Of a DNA stretch of 51,533 nucleotides, positions 1-12,705 are shown one piece after another. Below the pieces are notes generated by a model. It saw only the letters and a list, made by a program, of their open reading frames with translations, was not told the DNA's origin and did not search any database. Origin of the DNA: Paramecium tetraurelia (lineage: Eukaryota). The translations under genes were made by a program, and so were the position numbers. Positions within the stretch are counted from its first letter, which is position 1. The number at the start of each line of letters is the position of its first letter. Location: NCBI GenBank assembly GCA_000165425.1, contig CT868081.1, positions 1 through 51,533 of the forward strand. Direction: 5' to 3'.

Positions 1-3000
1 TTTTTGTTAAAAACATTTGGCCCCGTAATTTTAATATTTTGGCCAGGATTTTTTTATTTTTAATTTTCTAACCTTTGATTTCCAAATTTGGAGTTTTCAT
101 TTTTACCTTTGTTCATTGGGATTTATTTTTATTTCTGGTTATTGTTATAATAAATCCATTTAAGAATTTTTTTCTTCCTATTAATAGTTTTCAACTAATT
201 ATTTTAATTATGCATTTTTTGGTAATAATTTTTCTTTCTAAATCCTCATTAGCTTTATTTTACTATATTTAAATTGCTAGTAAGAATAAATAGTTTTGCT
301 AAAAGTTTGCCGTTTTTTACTTTTAACTAATGCGAACTATTTTATATTTTTGAAAATTCTTCTATTATTGCATTTTATTTCACTAGTCTATCATTTAATT
401 ATTTGTTTTCTTTGTTCTATTTTTACAGCAAAAATGATAACCTAAATAATTTGGATAAAGCTTTAGCATTTTAGTTCTTAATCTTCAAGAATTCATTGTT
501 ATTAAATATTTCTGATTATTTTTCTGGATTTATATCAGAAGCAGCTTGAAGAGATATTTCTTAATGATGTAACTCTGGTTCTAATTTTATTTAAGCATCC
601 TAATTTGTTTCGACCATTAATTAATCATTAATGGCTTTTTATATATTTAATCTTTCATTTAATTAAATTAATTCTTTATCTTTTTTCTTTTGTTGGCTCA
701 AAATTCTAAATAACTTTGCAAGCAATTTATTATATTTATATTTCCAAATAGAAATTTCATTTTAATGATTGATCTATTGTTCTTAAGATTCTGAGTTAGG
801 TTAAATGTTTTGATTGTCTTTGTTTGGATGATTGGATTATTCCTAAACTTCTTAATTTGTAGCTTGTTCTTATGTTAATGAATCAATAATTGCTTTTTAT
901 TTTGTTAATCTTTATTCTAGTAATTAAATTTAATTATTTTTTCTGGTTAATCCGCTCATAACTCTGAATAATTTGACTAATAATTTGTTATTTTAATTCC
1001 TAAGTCTAACGTTATCTTACTCATTAGCATTTTAAAGTTCCATTTATTATTGTGTTGAAGTCTTATCATTTTCTAATTTTACATCAGTAATGTTAATATT
1101 TTCAGCCTAAGATTATTAATTCTCTTAACTTTAAGATTCAATAATAGCTTTGTACTTAGATAGTCTTTCGTTTAAATTTTCTATCAGTTTATTTTACTTA
1201 TTATATTTACTCATAATCATGAATAATTTAGCAGCCATCTTATTAATTTTTTGATTTCTTAAGACGTCATTCTATTTCTCTATTTCATTGGAGTTGAGGT
1301 CCTGTTGGGGTTATTCTTGTTAACTATTTTGTAAATTAAAGTTTGGTTCTTTTTCTTGATCCTTAATCTAATTTGAATTTATATTATTTTCGTGAATCTA
1401 ATTATTTAATACCTCAATTTATGCTTTTTATTTCTAACTTCTCTGCAATAGTGACTCAATTTCATTATTTTTTTTATTTAATAAAAACATAGTTCTAAAT
1501 AATTTTCCCTAAAGTCTTTAATTTTAATTTTTTATTTTCATTTAATCATGGTCAACATCTTTGTTCTCTACTTCCATATTAATCTATTTATTATTTTATT
1601 AGTCATCTACTATTAATTATTCTTATTCCGGTTATACCTCTTCTTTTTCTTTAGGCTCAATATCGATGGCATCATTTATAGCTTGTTATTTTTTAAGTCT
1701 TTCGTTTAAATTTTATAATTCATCTTCTTTTATTTTTAATTTGGTCATTATTCTCAAAATTTTTGATAATAATTTTTAATTTTAAGTCTTAAGCTTCAAT
1801 AATTCATTTTTTTATTCCTATTAATTTTAATTATCTTAGATTTAAGGTTATTCATGCCCATGCTCTACTTCATTTTGTTGTTTTACTTCTTCATTTAATT
1901 TTGGTTATTATTCGCTATTCTTTTAATTTTCAATTAATTCTTAATTTATTGCCTTTTATTTTTCAATTCTTTCTTCTAATTATGTAATGATAGCATCTTT
2001 TTATTTTTGTTTGGTTAATATCCTGAAAATTTTGCCTAATAACTTTTAATTTCTTTATTTTTATTTTACTAATTCCTCTTATATATTTTAATGAGTATCT
2101 AACTCATTTTCAGCTTACTATTCAATTTATGGTTCATTCACTTATGGAATTGGATCAGATGAATTTTCTTTTTCTGTTTTTTAATTTTTTTAATTTCCTA
2201 ACAATTCATTAATGATTGCTTTTTGTTTTTTTATTTTTTCTTCTTAATCAGATTTCAATTTTTCGATTTACATCAACTTTCCTACTAAAATAAATTTACT
2301 TCTTAAGTTCTTACTATTTTTATTCTTTATTAAATTCAACTCTTTCATTAATTACGAATTATTTACTTCTAATTATTCATTACTTTAATTTAATCTTTCA
2401 ATTAAAGCTTCTTGTTCTTGATTACTTTCACTTGGATTTGATTTTGGTATTTATTTCTATTTTTATTCTAATTCTTCTTATTATTTTTTTTATTATTTGA
2501 TTATTTAATCTTAATCAGAAATCTTTTTCTCTGCATCATTTAATTGAGATATTAATTTATCATTGTCAAGTTTCAATTTGTTATTTTGTTTCTCTAAATC
2601 TGAAGTCAATTAATTGAGGTCTTATTCATTTTACTCATCTTATTTATTTTGTTGTTATTACAGAGATTAAGTTTCTTTTTTCAAATCATTAATTTGTACA
2701 TTAGCTTGCTTTAATTTATCCTCTAATTCTCTCTATTTAAGTGTATTAGGATGGGGGGGGGGTCTGGGTGTTGAGTCCTTTTGCGAATGTTTTAATGCTA
2801 TTTCTAAATCATTTATGTTGATTTCTTAATCCTTTATGTGCAACTCAAGTTCTTCTATTTTCAATTTATCATTATTCTCTTACTCTAAAATGGCATTAAG
2901 TTCAGTGTTTTTCGAATTATATTTGTTTATCCAGTCTTAAATTTCTCCCTCTTAAGATTTAATTCTATTTTCTAATTTTTTAATTGCATCATTCAAAAGT

Positions 3001-4294
3001 GAATTTTCTTTTGCCTTTTTATTATTTTCATTTTCCATAGTTTACTTTTATTCCAAAACTTCTGTATATTTAGATTTCAAATTCTAAAAATCATCGCTTA
3101 ATTGATTGAACTATGAGATAAATTCTTCTCCTCCATTGCTATTGCTGGGAGCGTTGTGTAATTCAATCAAATCATTTTATAGATTTGAGTTTACTTCTAA
3201 AGGTTTTGAGGCCAATAATTCAAATTATTTTAAATTTTCAGCCCTCAAATCTTAATTATTTTTTTGAATTATATCAATTTAATCTTAAAGTCTTTTATTG
3301 TTATTTTCAAACTCATTTAAATTATTCTTTAACACTATAATAGTTGCTTCCAATTGATTGATATTATTTTTATCATCCTTTCTTTAATTTTCCATTTCCT
3401 CCTTTGATGCTAAAAGATTCTAAATTTCATTATAAGCAACTAAATTTAATTGGAATAGTTACTTGCATAATAATTATCAACTTCATCTTTATTCTTTTGG
3501 AGCTATGAAAATTTATTTTTCCACTCTAATATTTCTTATTGATGTGAATTAATTGTTTCATCATATTCACTTATTTCTTCTTACAACTCTTAAATTTACT
3601 TTTTTAATTTTTCAATAATAGCAGAGCTAAATAATGAAGCAATGATACTTTTCATTAATTAAATTATTTTAAGGTTCTATTATTTTTTAAGGTGATTACT
3701 ATTTTTTTTGGATTGACTTTTCCTCCATCAATTTTTTCTAGAGCTCTAATTTTTCTTTTTATAAAAGTGAATTTTAAGTTTAAAGTTGCTCTATTTATTT
3801 ATCTTTCTGATCATTTTCACTCCAAGCTTCATTGAGATCATGTGTTAATTATTTAATATCCATTTTCAGATTTTCAATCTCAGCCAAAAATTACTTTTCT
3901 TTTTAATTCATTTCAAGCTCTAAAGCAAGTATTTCTCGTTGTTTGATTTAATCTTGGGTAAATTTGTCATTATCAATTTTTTAAGATCTATTGCTATGTA
4001 TTGATGATCTGTGGATTCCTGGCCCTTCTGTTCTCTTTAGGATTTCATCAGCTTGCTTTTTATATTTGTCTTTTTCCTCCTATAATTTTTCAACTCTCTG
4101 GCTCAACACTTAGGCAGTATCTTTATTAATTTTTGCCTCTCTCATGGTTCGCTCAAATGCTTATGACTGTTCAATTTTCAGTTCTGATTTTACTTTTTAT
4201 ATCTGAGTGTCAATTTACTAAGAAAATTACATGATAATCATACTTTAATCCCTATTGGTGCTTGTCCTTAATTTGCTTATTAGATACTTCTCAT
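1..4294 (-). CDS. Long coiled-coil protein with ~8 spaced KLLxKLFRI-like motifs (3' end runs off the window)
   Basis: Code-6 frame MRSIQQANQGQAPIGIK, then intron gtatga..ttag, then QIDTQIQKVKSELKIEQ...; E/K/Q/L-rich heptads throughout and still open at position 1. Start codon uncertain: an upstream ATG at 4467 could not be joined in frame. Confidence 0.8.
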
Positions 4295-5035
4295 AATAAA
4301 AACGCAAATAAAAAATAATTAAAAACTAGAAAACTTAACAAACGATTAAAATCCCAAAATGCAAAGCATTATTAATTCCGTTATGGATTGATGAAATCAT
4401 TAAGCTATCCTTTAGCAAGTTCTAATCCCTACTCTTGATAGCTCAATTATTTTAGAATGGGGTCCATTATAATTTATAGCATAATTATAAATACAATAAA
4501 TTGTTAATTTATTAAATGAATGGACCTTATTTCATTGGATCACATCAATTATAATAAATTTCTTTTAGCTACTTAGAGGAGATGAAGTAAATTAAGATAT
4601 AAATAATTCTTGTGCTTTATATTCTTTTATTCTCTTTGCTTATCTTAATTTTACTACAAATTTATATCCAAAATGTTTATAATCAAATTAAAGTTATTTA
4701 TATCAAATTCATTTACTATTAAATATATATATCAATAAAAACAAAAAATTCACGTTTTTCTAAATTATTTTCAAATAGATATATTATCACCAATAATCCT
4801 ACATATCTTAAATATTTTCATAAAATAAATATCTTTCATCAAGGAAAAATAAATCATTATTTCAAAATCAAATTTTGAGTTAGGTAAGTAGGTAGATTTA
4901 AATAAATTACATAAATGACTCAACTCGTACACTTATATTCTTTTGGTTACCAAATTCGAGTAATATTATACAATGTTAGATATTACACTTTTATATTACA
5001 AATAACTATTAATATTATTATAATTATTTGTTAAA

Positions 5036-7514
5036 ATGAGCGTCTCTTCGAATTAATAAGTATATGAAGAACTTATGGTATTAATATTAGTTTTCTATTC
5101 AAGGATAAAATCAAAAACAATTCAGAGGTAAGAGAGAAATTTGACAGCAGAACTTAAAGTGGATTATTAGATAAAGACTATGCTCACGAAGTCTTGATAG
5201 ATTGGAGTGATTTACTAAATTATGATCTGAGTGATGCTATAACTTATTTTGATCTCGATAATCCTGACATTCCCCCGGAAGAGATCAGGTAGCACTTAGA
5301 TTTTGACAGTTTCATTAATCTGGTCAACAAATGGTTATAGAAGCAATTATTGCAAACATCACCCAAGTAGAAACAAAGTACAAACTAAGACCAATACTGG
5401 TTTAAGAGTGAACCAGGAACACTCAATACAGAACAGAGTGATTTAAAGCATTAGGAGTAATTAATAAAAGCAATTTTTGAGACACAAGAAGCCAAGACAA
5501 AAAAGGTATTTAACGAATACGCAATGATGGGTGATCAGAACGATACAATTAGTAAATAAGATTTCCCTCTATTGCTTAAAAATTTGTTATATCAACATAA
5601 TGCATCAATTTACGAGAAAAGTGGCTAAGAAGATTACTTCATGAGAAGTAATTCATATGGAAATTTGAATAATTTTTTAAGGGATGACCAAATCAATTAT
5701 CAATAATTCAAGGAGGCAGCAATTCAGTTCATAAAAGGAAATCAAGATTTAATTCTTTTGGATCACGAATAAATTAGTAAAAAAAAAGAAAAGCAGCCAC
5801 CTTAACATCCCCCAAATTTGGAAGAAGAACTTTTACAATAAATAGAAAAGTATTAACAGATTTTATAAACAACTGAACCTGAAATTGAGAAGTAGGTTCT
5901 CAGAAACATGATTACAACTTTGGTCCGTTAGCTGGATTTAATAAGAGACAACACTATGAAGTTTGATGAAACCTAAATAAATTCCACCATCAAACCTAAA
6001 GCTAATTTATAGGTCTCATTCTCAGGAATAGTTCGGCCTGAGAAAAGAGCAAAAACAAAAGAAGAGATTGAAATTGGAAAAAGAGACAACCAAATACTTG
6101 AAATATTTCTCTTTTTTGCCAAATAATAATATGTCAATGGAGTTGCATATGAATTTGATAGATACACTAAGGAAGCCTAAAGTTTAAGTTTGGGTATGTT
6201 CTTATACTTTTGTAAATGTTTTGATTTGATTGAAACTCATGTAAGAAAGCCTAACGAAGAAAATTTATTAGAGAGAAAAAAAAGAGGTGAAGAAGTCAAC
6301 ATTACTCGATTGAATCAAACAATAGTCAATAAAAGTTTGTTGGAAGAGGAGAAATAAGTAGAATAAGCTTCAACGATAATGTCTCCAAAATAAAAACCTC
6401 CTACTGTTCCAGTGGATATTCAAAAAGTTGAAAACTTGCCTCGAAGGAATAAATATTCTCATGTCCCTTCAAAATTTGAGTAAAATTATATTTCGATATC
6501 TTAGGTGGTGGAATGATGAGTTAAAGTTTGATAAATACTACAATCCAAATCAAAACCCTTTACCTCAACAAATCTTAGATGACATGAAATATTTAACCAA
6601 AGAGGAAATCAAGAGTTTGTTCAAAAGAAGTGCCTTCGGTAAAGATGTAAGACAATAAATTAAAAATAGCTCGATTTTGATGAATTCAAATGTTTGTTAG
6701 GTTTTATGGCCAATCTCATGTTCAAATAAAATGGGGAAAGACACCCCCATGCCTATTAATTGATATTAAGATTGATGTACATAGATTATCCAGAAGAATA
6801 TAGAAAAAGATTAATTCCCATCAAAATTCCATTTAATTGCAAAGAGAAAATAGGTTTCAGATAACTTCCAGGTTATGAACACCATGAATATAAAGGAAGA
6901 TAATTATCATAGCAAGAAAAACAGCAACTCTAAAAATTAAAACAAGAAAGAGAAAATTAATTAAGAGAGAGACTTACTGAAAATCCTAATTAAAGCATTC
7001 GATCTATAGGATCGATAGGATCTCAATCCATTGCTAATTTACCATATAACAAACAATAAGGCAGATTCTTAAATGGAAGAATAGACTTGGATAGGGAAAA
7101 GGTTTCATGGGCGAAACTTGAAAATTTAAATCCCAATGACTTAAGTGGTCATGGCAGAAATTTCAAGCCCTAAGATTTGATAGATGAATTCGAAGATGAA
7201 GAAGATAGGTAAATCTCTTCGTTATAAATTCTAGATTCTTCTTAAAAGAGTTCTCTCTGGAAGAAGAAAAAAGAAATCAATAAAAACCTGAAGAAGTTTA
7301 AAAAAATCTAGAGAAGTATGGTGCTTATAAGCCTCCCAAGAGACCTACTTAAAAACACTAAATGAGTCAACCTTAACTCTTAAATTAGAGATACGAATAA
7401 AAGAGTCTAGACATGAAAAATTAGTACTTGTAAAGAGCTAATCAAATTTAGTAATTACAAAATAAAAAAGAGTAATAACTACTCTAAAAAATTAACAAAA
7501 AATATAAAATTTGA
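5036..7514 (+). CDS. Hypothetical protein with degenerate EF-hand-like segments
   Basis: MSVSSNQQVYEELM, several 23-26 nt GT-AG introns, segments such as LDFDSFINLV, DTISKQDFPLLL, DQINYQQFKEA and LDFDEFKCLL; ends ...KYKI-TGA at 7512-7514. Confidence 0.75.
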
Positions 7515-7622
7515 TTATTTTTAAAATCATTATAAGTATTATATCTTAAGTTATTGTGAAATGCATATATATAGTAAGATAATTGTTTTATAATTCTAAT
7601 ATTTAACTGATATTAATTCTAT

Positions 7623-8608
7623 TCAAAATACTTATTGTGAACCAGCCTTGCAAACTCCACAAGTATTTCCAGCTCCTAATCTTATGAATCCTTTTTCTCC
7701 CCAAGATGTTCCCCAAGTATTTTTAAGAGTCCATACTCCATCATTTGTAACTCCAGTTAACAATGCATTATGGTTTAAAGAACTTCCACATTATGTCAAA
7801 ACACCACTAAAATTGTAAAAAAGACTGTTACCCTTTATAGAATTACCAAGAAGTTGCATCAACTGCTACAGTGACTGTTGAGTTAGACAAAGCTTTAATT
7901 AAATCATCACAATTGTTCACAGTTATGTAACTTGAGATGCGGAAGGTTCTTTAAACATTCTTGCAAACTCCACTAGTTTAAGTTGTTGGGTAGTCTTTTT
8001 CATAGGCCAAACCTTTATCCTTTACATAATTCAATGTGCCAGAAATAAAACCACCTTGGCATCCTTAATTACCATATGATCCTGAACAGTCAATTAGATC
8101 TTGTTAAGATAGTGGATTTTAATTATTTTTAATAATTTTATTATTTGCATCCAAAAGATCCAATACATTAAAGATATATCCAGCACATTATCCTTAGTTT
8201 CTAACACTTCCAGCATATTTAGACCAATCTATTTCTTGATTTAAATCCTACCCATCTTTAAACAATTATTATGTTTATTAATTAGAAATTTAATGATCAT
8301 ATTGTAAATATTTAATTGAGAATTCTTCTTATGTTAGATCCGCAAATTCATTAATTTCCAATACAAAGTCAGTTTGTTTTTTGTTTGTCTCTTCTACTAA
8401 TTTAACATTTCTCTCAAACACTTGTCTTCTATACCTAGAAACAATCAATATTCTAATACTCTTGTTCAAGCAATGAGTAATATTATTTATTATATTTCAA
8501 CATCCAAGAGTTATGATCATTGGCCAGAGGGGTAGCACTTTCATATTACAAAACCATCGCACTTAAGAGAAGAACAGTTCCTAAAATTATATAAGATTTT
8601 GAAGCCAT
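7623..8608 (-). CDS. Cathepsin L-like (papain C1A) protein, predicted catalytically inactive
   Basis: Signal peptide [19 protein letters not shown]29 prodomain with ERFNIN-like [18 protein letters not shown] and NEFADLT; mature domain [64 protein letters not shown]; two short introns. Confidence 0.92.
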
Positions 8609-8725
8609 ATTTATATTAATGATGTAATTAATAAGGTTCTCTGGGATTATATATAATTGAAAAATTAAGAATCCCTTTTAGATACAGGAAATATGTTGAT
8701 ATTAACAAGTGTTTAGGTGTTTCAA

Positions 8726-9418
8726 TCAATTATATAAATTTTATACGGAATCTCTCTACTATGTAATATATAATATAAGTTCTATTTTAATTAATATAAT
8801 GCATAATTCGATAGTAATATTAAATTTAATTTGAAAGAACCATTTCCTTTTAGAATCTGTTGATTTTTTGAAAATGCATTGTAATTAGAGAAAAATTTCT
8901 AGCACATAGTTTTTCTCTGTAGTAAAATAATGCATTTTTAAAGACTTAATTTACTTAGCTCCTATATTTCTCCATCTACTAATAAGAAATTCTAAATGTT
9001 AATATTCTTAATCTATTTCACCCAAAAGCTACTCTGCTACTTTGTAATTCTTTTTATATGCAAAAAGTCTAAATAGTTTGTAGTTTATAATTACTCTAAT
9101 TATCTCCTTAAGTGAATAAATACTATTCCAGAATTGATCATTCTCAACATCCTATCACTTATTGATGGATTTAATTCTTCATCTAAAAACTTGACTTATC
9201 TGATTCCACTGATACCTTCATGAATATTTGAAATGATAATTTTATCCTCTTCTTTACAATTTTAGTTTCATTTTCTTATATTTTTCTTATTCTGTATCTT
9301 ATTGATATATATATAAGACAACTATTTATGATTCTTTATAAAATTGGCTATTTCAATTTCCATTAGAATTGACTTTATATTTCAATTTGAAATCTCTTAC
9401 TGTAATAAAACTTCCCAT
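8726..9418 (-). CDS. Hypothetical protein (tentative)
   Basis: MGSFIT followed by plausible 25-28 nt GT-AG introns that restore an open code-6 frame (..FLDEELNPSISDRMLRMINSG..); no recognisable domain and 3' end uncertain. Confidence 0.4.
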
Positions 9419-9437
9419 TATATTATTATATTAATTT

Positions 9438-10646
9438 ATGAATTACCCTTTTAATCCGTCCCCCTCCTATTCATTCAGTGTTGCTAAGAAGTATCTATGT
9501 TTTAATTCATAGAATTCAATCCCACTTTTTGTTGCCTTAAATTAGCATGGGACCAGGCCAATATCACCTAAAGACTGAGAAAAAGGGAGGGACCTTGAAT
9601 TTTGGATCATACAGCTAGCGCAAAATGATATTGGCTTAGGATGCCTTAACGCCAGGACCACTTCATTATACAATTAACACTTATAGAAGTTAAGGTGTTT
9701 CATTTGCGAATTCAATTAAGCCTATAAATAAGCCATCTCTAAGTCCTGGGCCAGGGTATTTTTACACAAAATTAGGCAATATCTACCAATGGACGAACCT
9801 CATAGTAGACTTGGAGGATCTATTTCAAGGACTTCCAGAAAGGAAACCTTTGATAATTAAATCCCAGGAGCTGGTCAATATCCTATTAAATCAACTTTGA
9901 ATACTCTAGGCTTTAAATTTAAATAATTACATAAAAGAGCCAGAACGGATCAAATGAGTCCTGGTCCTGGGTCTTATTCAATTTCACAGGATTCTTTGAA
10001 TCACGGCGTCAAAATGCATAATTCAACAAGAACTTGGTCTTATATTTTAAAAACCGAGACTCCAGGTCCTGGAACCTACTAAAAAGAAAGTTTCATTTAA
10101 AATAGGTCCTCCTCTAAACATTCAAAAGTTTCATCAAAGGAGCAATCGAAAATCTTGAAAAAATGCTTTTCTTAACATGAACCAAAGTAATCTAATAGGA
10201 TAGGAAAAATCAGTTCTTCCAAAGGCAATATTGATTCTCATGGAAATTTGACTACAAGATCGAAATTCAAGTCTAATCACTTAAGCCAATAATAAAATAT
10301 CAGTGATTCATATAACAGAATGAGGGAATATGGTAAATTAAAAGTAACTTTTACAAAATAAGTAAGAAAAGAGGAGTTCCTAGATGAATTTTCAACTCCA
10401 ATTGCTAGAAAAGTCAGCAGATCTCCAGGTCCGGCTATGTATGCTGATACTAAGTTCAAACCGAATTCAAAATTGGGGTTTATGCCAACCTCAAGAAAAG
10501 GAGAGACATTCAAACCAAAAGAAGGACCTGGAGTAGGAGAATATTCTAAAATAATTCCTTTTGGTAAGATATACAGTAAGCATATAACTCCGAAGAGATA
10601 ATTTTTTAAATTCAAAGATCTAAATTAATATGATTTTGACTAATGA
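9438..10646 (+). CDS. SHIPPO-repeat / sperm-tail PG-rich (ODF3/STPG-like) ciliary protein
   Basis: Repeated PGPGxY motifs: GPGQY, TPGPLHY, SPGPGYF, PGAGQY, SPGPGSY, TPGPGTY, SPGPAMY, GPGVGEY; TGA at 10644-10646. Confidence 0.85.
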
Positions 10647-10681
10647 CTAATTCTATATTGATACTAATATTATTAAAATTA

Positions 10682-11237
10682 ATGTAAGCCTAAGCTCAAT
10701 TAAAGTGGAGTGATTTGTAAAAAGATGAGAAAGAGAATATCCTTAGAAATAATGATGAATGTAAAGATTGATTTATTAGCTTATAAGAACCTAAGCTGGC
10801 ATATTTAGAAGATAATGTTAAGAAAGTGAATAGAATCAGATTCACTTAAGGTCCCAATAAATTATAAAAGTTTATGATCGGTTTATGTGATAAGAGAATT
10901 CGATAGGAAAGAGGAATGATATTCTAGGATAAGTCATTTGTTGGACATGGCACATATCTCCTTTATTCTGTGGATAGCTATAATTCATGTAAGACTATAA
11001 TTAATGAAAGTCTTATTTAGTCATTGGGATTTAGAGAGCAACTATAATGAAGGAGGGTTTGTATTACATCCAAATGAGGAAGAGGAAGTTTCATTCGATT
11101 TGGAGCAAAGAATATTGAAAATAGTAGATGTCAAGAAACCAGAGAGAAAAGTAGAGTTTAAAACAGAACATCATAACCTAGACGACTTGCATCTTTGTGT
11201 AGTAATACTGGAAGGGGAACTGACATTTCAGATATGA
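10682..11237 (+). CDS. Small beta-rich protein, possibly B30.2/SPRY-like
   Basis: MQAQAQLKWSDLQK.., two short introns, RIRFTQ..KFMIGLCD..GHGTYLLYS..LFSHWD..GFVL..EVSFDLEQRILKI..LHLCVVIL; last exon matches ORF 11004-11237. The fold call is by pattern only. Confidence 0.65.
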
Positions 11238-11248
11238 TTAATTATATA

Positions 11249-12686
11249 TCATTATTTTTAAGTATCTAAACAACTTGTATCAGCATACGACTCTCTTTTA
11301 ACACAACCTAAAGCAACTAATAATTTCTGCATGAATGTTTCATTTCGTTATTTTACTGTTTATGATCTTATCTCTTTTCTTTAAGATTCAGAATGTCTAC
11401 TACGACGATATTGTTATTTGTAATCTTAAACCGAATTTTCAGTTTGAGATTAGAATGCTACGTTTTACCTTATAAAAGATTGTTGTGAAGAGGCAGTAGA
11501 TTTAGAGAAATACTGATTTTCTGTATGCATAGTATTTCCATTCACTCTGACTCTATTTTATTAATTGGGTATCTTTTCCAACTCGAATTCATTTCTGTTG
11601 AGCCATCTGTGATTCAAAATCTATTTCATAGTTAATCTATCTTTTTAATGATATTTAATAAGACTGGTTATGAGATCTTTAACATCAGAACTCAAACTAT
11701 TATCCAGTATTTAGTAATTGATTTTAACAATATTGTTGCACTTTTCAATATCGTTTTTCCCTTTGAATGGTGCATCCCCATGGAGTAATTCGTATAGTAG
11801 AATTCCTAAACACCAGATGTCCAGAGTGTGATCGTGAAGTCTATCTTCAATCATCTCAGGGGCCATGTAATCTATTGTTCCACAGAAGGTGCTTCTTTTT
11901 TTCGAACCCAAATTTTCAGCTGACCATCCGAAATCGCAAATTTTGACATTGTCAGTAATATCCAATAATATATTTTCAGGCTACATATGAAAAATAATGA
12001 GTTACTTTGAGGTCTCTATGAATTATATTTTGTTGATGCAAATAGTCAATTCCTAAACAAGTTTACTTAAAGAATTTAAGAGCCTCGATTTCATTCAATT
12101 TTCCTCTTCTCTTTAATAATTGGAATAGGGATCCATGTTCTGCATACTCCAAGATAAGGTAGACTTTGTCTTTGTCTTCGAAATAATGGAATAGTTATGT
12201 AATATTTGGATGATTCAACTTCCTCTGTATTCGAATTTCTCGCTTAAGATTTTCTATTGAACAGTACTCAAAAATCTCTTTCTTGTTCATCTACAATTGA
12301 TAATCAAAGTTACTATCTTCATTGCGTGTAATTATCCATTGGTTCTATCCTTCACCAACCGTACAGCTCCAAAACTACCTTTGCCAAGTTGTGGATAATC
12401 ATATATGAGTTCGAACTCTTCCGGACTTCTTTTCATTTGTCTCAAGGTTGACACCTTATCACTATAGGCTATTTCCTATGAATTTAACATGTTTTAGGGT
12501 AAGCATTGGTTTTTATGTCCAGAAGTCCTTATATAATAACTCAATTTACCAATCGATGTCTCGACATCTTTGAGAACAATAATAGGCATGTTTACAAAAT
12601 GGACAGTAGACCCTATATTTTGGGATTGGAACCATTTAGGTGCCAGCCAAATTATACTGACAGTATCGCGAACTGCAAACGTTCAT
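11249..12686 (-). CDS. Aurora-like Ser/Thr kinase with N-terminal MYND-type zinc finger
   Basis: N-terminus MNVCSSRYC...YCPFCKHAYYCSQRCRDIDWTSGHKNQC; kinase motifs LGKGSFGAV, HAMK, HRDLKPEN, DFGWS, TFCGTIDYMAPE, DIWCLG; stop at 11249-11251. Confidence 0.92.
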
Positions 12687-12705
12687 CAAATAATATATTA
12701 ATATT

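Noticed and set aside
2753..2762. G10 homopolymer in very AT-rich DNA
   Set aside because: Encodes Pro-Pro-Pro-His (TPRPPPHP) on the minus strand; not telomeric and only a single G-run
4461..4526. 8-bp inverted repeat GGTCCATT / AATGGACC in an intergenic region
   Set aside because: Too short, with no target-site duplication or transposase; compatible with chance
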